From Eledone cirrhosa (Eukaryota): DNA of 64,000 nucleotides. Where the stretch lies: the NCBI GenBank assembly GCA_964016885.1, contig OZ024745.1:62248001-62312000 (forward strand). The letters run 5' to 3'. The stretch's first letter is position 1. Every line of letters begins with the position of its first letter. The notes beneath the pieces are model-generated. The model was not told the DNA's origin. It saw only the letters and a program-made list of their open reading frames with translations, and did not search any database. This document shows, one piece after another, positions 57,400 to 64,000 of the stretch. The translations under genes were made by a program, and so were the position numbers.

Positions 57400-58260
57400 T
57401 CTGCAGAATATTGTCTCTTTTTTGCAGAGTCTGATTTCAAATTTCGGTAAATCTGAAATCACATTCATTTCCATATACTACTTGAGAAGAATATATTTTA
57501 TCGAATTTATGATCTGTCTCTGTGTATATATTAGGAGTAATAAAATTAATATTGATAATTCATGACATGTTTAATGCCAAGCACTTCGATGTGTTTGGTG
57601 CTCCAAACTATTACGGGTTTTTGTCTGCTTATGTTCACAGTAAACATGCGTGTAGGCTGCCCCTCAACGTCTCCAAGTTCGGTTGTAATGATTCCAGAAT
57701 CAAATTATAGAACAGGGACAATAGGGGACATATCTGGCGGAGCAGCCGCGTAAAATTAAACAGTTTCGATATGGGTTAAGTGTTTGCTGTCTGCACATTG
57801 CCACGATCCTTCGCATGAAAAGTGGTTCGAAACCGGTTGCGTTTAATTCAACCACCATGCACCCTACCAAATGTTTGATAAAAATTGATCAAGAAGTCAC
57901 ATGTCCTATGTTCTTTAACCACTCTCTCTATGAAGTATTGCATAACGTAGATATGTTTCTAGGTGGCATGATATATGTCTTCCATATCAGAACCTCAACG
58001 GCAAGTGTCCACTTCGTTGCTAATACCTTGGTTACAATATTTAACTCTGCTTGTATCAAATATATGAGCATAAAGGTATCATATCAATATTTCCTCACTT
58101 TTTGGGCCCTTTCTAACCAGAACCATGACTTCTCATCGTACAGAACTTGGATTACTCCAATATCGGTAGGCTTTCTTTTGGGATCGAGTAATATGCGCAC
58201 GTCACTGTCCTTGAAAAGATCGGATTGCGGCTTTGTTGATACACTGTAGTTCCCCTATCC
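57400..58260 (-). pseudogene. Decayed L1/Tx1-like LINE RT fragment
   Basis: Minus strand: AELNIVTKVLATK..., LINFYQTFGRVH, and degenerate CPLSP and YADD-like segments. Confidence 0.55.
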
Positions 58261-58473
58261 GGTGGCATCGAAGAGATATACTATCTATTACAAAGAACAG
58301 GTGACATAGCTCTGACGACTCAGGATTCGTAGTTTGCTGATAAAAAAAGCACACAGAGACAGACATAACCAACAGTGTAGGACCTATAAATATCTACAGT
58401 ATACAGAAAATAGGAATACTAGACCCTGCACACAAATTACTAATGGTACTCTCAATACAATTGAAATAATAAC

Positions 58474-58514
<41 letters not shown>

Positions 58515-58799
58515 GACAGACGGAGGTAATGGTAATGACTCCAAGCAGACAGTGACCCTTCTTGAGTCCGTCATTAAAAGAATTTTACTATAATCCTTCT
58601 CGATGGCCTTAATAGGCTGATTAGCACAATCTCAATGAACTACTTCATTCCAATCCTAAGGACCTCTTTGTAACTAATGTTTCACACCTTTTCATTTCAT
58701 GCATCCTTTTCTATATTCTAAATTTATGCACAGCTAGTGAAATAAATGATACGAAGAAAGATAAAAAATACTTCTGGAACTAGGGCATTAAAGTAGCAA

Positions 58800-59470
58800 G
58801 TATGCATTAGGAAAATGAAATGTTAACACTAGACAAAAGGACACAAGTATGATTGCCTTATAGATTGTGTGTGTCAAAGGAGGAAAAAGAGAAATAACAA
58901 AGAAGGTTGTTGAATATTTGGAAAGAAAAGGAATGTAGGAAATCGTGGAAAAAGTTCAGAATGATAGTTTGGAAAGGATGGTTGAGTCATAGAAACTTGG
59001 CATCAAAGCAAAATGTTAAAGGCAATGAGATTCGAAGTGGACGAGAAGAAATGTATACCGGAATCAGTGATGCAGCCTCAAAGGGAATTTGACGAAATTC
59101 CATTTGAACAAGAACAGAGATATTTTGATGAAAATGAATTGTGTGAAGAGGACAAAGAACGACTGTAGCTGTTGAGAGATATTATGTCAATGAATAACAT
59201 TGGAATGTGAAATATGCTGACAGAGCAAAATTAAAGTAAGTTGTGGTGGTGTTGAATGATATTAAGATTACAGATAATGTTATTCAAGCAACAGCAGTGT
59301 ATGTTTTTGAGACACCTTCTTATAAATAGAAAACGGCAAAGGCAAAAAATGATTTTTATTGGAAACGACGAATTCTGTGATAGTCTCCAAAAGTACTTGA
59401 GCCTCATTGAATGGTGGTTTATTAGGAGACGAACAGAAAAAGATATAACTTGGTTATGGAAGAAATAAAG
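58800..59470 (+). pseudogene. Decayed R4/Dong-like non-LTR N-terminal fragment (possible)
   Basis: ITDNVIQATAVYV and WWFIRRRTEKDI-like segments; many stops. Confidence 0.35.
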
Positions 59471-59788
59471 ATTTCGTTGGAAACAGGCGCATCAGGTGAC
59501 ATGTACTCGTTTGCATTTTACATCCAAATTAGAAAGAAAGCTTCGTCTCGGCATATCTTTTTGATAAATCTGTATCCTAATGACTGTTTCCTATTTTTTC
59601 TGCTTGGAGCTCTGGTCTAATCTACACAAATACATATATGGTGCCCCCCCCCCCCCCCAAAAAAAAAGGAAGAACACTAAAAACTTATATGTTGCAATCA
59701 AAATGGTAGACAGATGAAAAATAGAAAACAAACATGGATAAATTGTGAATGTTACAAGTAAATAAAAATGTACGTATAATAAATAAAA

Positions 59789-59975
59789 TAATTGTTTCTA
59801 CTTTAGGCACAAGACCAGCAATTACCCAGTGCATTACTGGTACTTTATTTTATCGACCCCGTAAGGATGAAAGGCAAAGTCAACCTCGGCGGGATTTGAA
59901 CTCAGATCGTAAAGGGACGTAACTATGCTGGAAAGCATGGCGTCCGACCCTCTACCGATACTGCCAATACCCAAC
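59789..59975 (-). mobile_element. Nin/Deu-like tRNA SINE
   Basis: Reverse complement of the consensus, nearly identical to the 41303 copy. Confidence 0.9.
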
Positions 59976-61399
59976 CATAAATGAATTAATATACACTAAC
60001 ATAGCCTGAAATTCTATTGTTTCTTTTATTTTCATGCTAAATCTGTGTTATTAATATAAAAGATTCAAAGGTCTTCAATTTTATCAGTCCATAAAAATAA
60101 ATTTTCTAGTACTTATAAACACATTCACTAATTTGCTTCGTTTTCGGAAACGTTCTTCATTTGTCTTTAGAGATAATACATTATACCATTTACGGATAAT
60201 TAATATGAGATGTATATATTGAAAAATAATGTATCTAGAAAATGCCATGTTCGTACGTTATATCAAAACTAAGATTAATTTCAATTATAGTAAATAAAAT
60301 ATTACCGATAACGGAGGAAAATGAACGTCGCTGTGATAATTCACACACAATAAATATATATTATATTAATAATTCTTTCGGAAATCTTACTAATACGTAT
60401 TTCCTTTCTATTCTATACATTCTATTACAATATTACTAAGTACATATAAGATTTTGCGTGCATGGTTCAGCATGGCACAGAACACGAATAGCTAACACAA
60501 AATATCAGCCAGGATGAATGATTTTAAAGATTCAAATCTAGATAGAAAGTCTGTATTATCATAATAGCAGAAAATCCGACGAAAAGTAAACTATTGATGT
60601 AATTTATTTCAAAAGACATGGTAATAACTTTGACGGACACTCTCAGAAATTTCTAAGAAGATAATTGAAGATAGAGAATAAATATACATATGTGAAGACA
60701 GGGAACAAATAGAAAATAAGGGGCGACTGACAGAAAGAGAACTTTGTAACTGAAGGAACATAGCTGATACAAAACCATATATGCCTTTGAGATATATCAT
60801 AGAAAGCGTAACATTTGCAGTATTTCTGTTTAAATTCAATAACTTTTCTTTTCGAAAGCTATATTGCAAACAAAGAGTAACCGAAAACAGGAAATTAGAA
60901 TTTGAGAGAAATGATTTAACTATTTTACTGTAAATAATATGTGAATATTACACTTGAAATAATGTCATTTGCAGTGAGAATTCAAAATCATGCTTATAGA
61001 AGTTATATTATATTCGTCCGTTAACATACTTCAAAATCTGTAGTGTGCACCCTCAAATAACTAATTATTTGGTGTACTCCTCTTTCTTGTTATCATCAGA
61101 AATAATTTCAACTTCATTTCTGAGAATTGCGGTACAACATGTGACCAATTAACTAAATGCACTAGTTCACTCTTAGATATCGCTTCACGCAATCAATTAT
61201 GATCCGTCATTATAGCAGTCTTCTTCAATTTCCTCACAATTGATATGATCTTCTTTCATCTGGTCCCATTCAACTGATTTTGTCTTTTTCTTTTCCTCAG
61301 TCTTCAGTCCCTGAATAACAAGGTCTCGGTGGTTTATACTCTGAGCGTTTGACCACTATTTTATTTGTTTTTTGCCTCCTAGACCCTTTTCCCCTATCG

Positions 61400-62150
61400 A
61401 AGTCCTGTGATTTTGCGAACAAAGCTTTCTTTAATATCAGGTATGGCGTCTTGAATGTTTCTTTGGGGTGGGCTGCGATTCTCTAACCACTCCATCTTGG
61501 GAGTCTTGTAACTATCTCTGCCTTCTCCCCCCCCCCCCCCCACACACACTTATATTCTTCTAAAATGGATTTGAATTTAGCCTGTTGGCAATATTGGACT
61601 GCACAAATCGACGTTACTGGTAGTAATCTAAAGCCGAGGCCATAACAGCATTGGTATAAGTATGTTCTGGAGACACCATACCTTGTATTTCCCTGGCAAT
61701 ATGCAAATGAAATCTTCTTGAGACCTTCAGATGCTATGGTAGTCCTCTCGCCTACCTGTTCGGCTTCTTTTAGGGATTCATCGTACCACCGAACCTGTCT
61801 CTTAGCTGCCACCTCTGATACTTTTGGGATACTTTGGCCGTCCACATCAGATCTGGTTCCTCGGCTTACTTTCCTTATCCTCAGATAAAACCAATGGACT
61901 TCTTCAATTTGAAAGTCATCCGCCAATTGTTTATAGTGCGGTCAAGTTGCCTGAATAGACTCGTTGGACGCTAGTATAGTGGTGCCGTCCCTAAAGACAT
62001 TAAGTGGTTGCCTTTTCTGTATCGCTGAGTACCTTTCAGGTTAACATGCAGTCACTTTAGGACTTTTGGACACCTTTTGTAAACCAGGAAGGGTATACTA
62101 ACAGAATCACAAACAAAAGATCATTATTTTCGGATTAAATGCAGGCGCCA
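61400..62150 (-). pseudogene. Decayed non-LTR RT fragment (possible)
   Basis: PSWFTKG motif and coding-like composition; frameshifted. Confidence 0.3.
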
Positions 62151-63514
62151 TAAATGCAATATAAAATGTTATATAAACTGTAGCACACAAGACATACTGA
62201 TACACGTACACATATACACACGCATGCACGTGCAATCACACATATACAAATACATACAATTGCGCACGCATACATACGCGCACATAATATATAGTGCATG
62301 TATAATACAGCATATATAACTCTGAGCGATAATATTGTTTGATGTTGGCTGCGATTGTCATTTTCTAATTAATTATCCGACGATGATGTTCTCAAGTTTA
62401 TCAGATTGAAATCTATTAGTGATAGTCTATCACCAATATATATCGCTAGAATACACTGAAAGATTCGCATAACAGCATGTTATGTTTCCACGCCAAGTAA
62501 ACATGTAATTGCCTCAGTGCTTTCTCCTGCAAGAATGTTTTGTGTAGTTGATTATGCTTCATTTCAATGAATTAGAATACAGAGTTTCTGGAATGATAGA
62601 CACTTAAACGGGAGCTCCAATTTCATTAGACATTCGAAGATCATGTACGCAACATAATCTCAAATTCTTGTGGGCTCAACAAGTGCTTATGCAACTGGAA
62701 CAACAATAAACACACGGATTTACACACCCACTTTATTTATATGTATATATGATTGTACGTAGGAATATATGGAATTTTAATCTATAATATTGTAGATATG
62801 CGTTTCTCTTTTTTATGTAAATGGAAATGTGTGAAAGTGTCTATGTATACAAACTCATTTATTAATGAAGTATGTCACCTAATTAACATTTCTTTCACTA
62901 ATTTACATTTACCTTTGTTTCTTAGTTTGTTTGTTTGTGAAGGAGGGCATGAACAGAAATTACTTGAGTCAGTAAGAATGTTTTGGTAGGATGTAAACTT
63001 CAGTAAATATGTATATACTGAAACAACTATGAGGGTTTCTATAAACTTGATCAGTGTTATACAATGCGAACTGAATTTATAAGTACACACACATGCATAA
63101 TAAACTTTCGTGCACACACACACACGTGCACACATGTTTGTTTGTGCGTGCACATCTATGCATGCGTGCACATATGTGTATATGTGTGTTTACTTTTCTG
63201 TGAATAGGTGCAAGCATGATGGTGTGTCTCTGAGTCGTATCGGACCTGTGTATTCGCGTGCGTGTGTCCATGATTGGACAAGTCTGCATTGAGAATCACT
63301 TACGAATGTTTATTTTCATTGAAGTTAGGAAAAACGTAACCGATATGATATACAAAGTGAAATCGCTAGCTGAAACCAAACGGAAGAAAAGAAACTGAAA
63401 CGTCGAATTTATTTTCCAATATTTCAAATCTCTGTTGAGTGGCCTAATCTATTGCTAAACTCATCTTCTATTGCATAATATTTTCTATGTAGTATTCCCT
63501 CTTGTATATGTATA

Positions 63515-63699
<185 letters not shown>

Positions 63700-64000
63700 G
63701 TATATATGGGTAGAAATTATAAATCCCTCTCAAGGAATGTTTATCTCGCTAAGCATCTAAAGAATACAGTTAAATTCTGAGAATCTGAAATGCTCACGTG
63801 AAAAATTATGTTTATATCTTGATATATCGTTTCCGTTCGAATTAATATTAATCAGGTTTTATTAAAAACGCACAGATAAATAATTGTGAGAAATATAATT
63901 TTGTTTACTTCACTTTCTGAACGTGCTTAAAAGGAAGCTTAATATGTATTCAGAAACAAGCACACTTCAAATATATAAATATATATTCCCGACAGCATTA

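Noticed and set aside
57812-57842. GAAA-CCGG-TT hammerhead-like match
   Set aside because: It has two core mismatches and a 1-bp stem II, and is antisense within a LINE RT remnant.

Overview
Eukaryotic, very AT-rich, repeat-dense non-genic DNA with one 200-N assembly gap (23582-23781). The tRNA-derived Nin/Deu-type and CORE-type SINEs and the very large (TA)n arrays suggest a cephalopod, probably an octopus (inference). I found no host protein-coding gene, and nearly all long ORFs in the track are microsatellite translations. The window holds about 17-18 kb of interrupted (TA)n arrays, six copies of one SINE, a non-autonomous Helitron-like element carrying a GC-rich minisatellite, a decayed CRE-like non-LTR element (RT plus restriction-like endonuclease), Penelope-like elements (PLEs: GIY-YIG and RT remnants), a Tc1/mariner remnant and other LINE fragments. 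The main finding is a dense set of short non-coding islands, most of them inside or next to (TA)n arrays, that carry type-I hammerhead ribozyme (HHR) motifs. About 6 have intact or near-intact cores and several more are decayed. Some have unusually long stem II insertions (about 90-110 nt). Several islands are fold-back (inverted) duplications, and one is a 468-nt circularly permuted monomer. Together these suggest a retrozyme-like, PLE-mobilised system of self-cleaving RNAs that targets microsatellites. All folds were read by eye and are untested.
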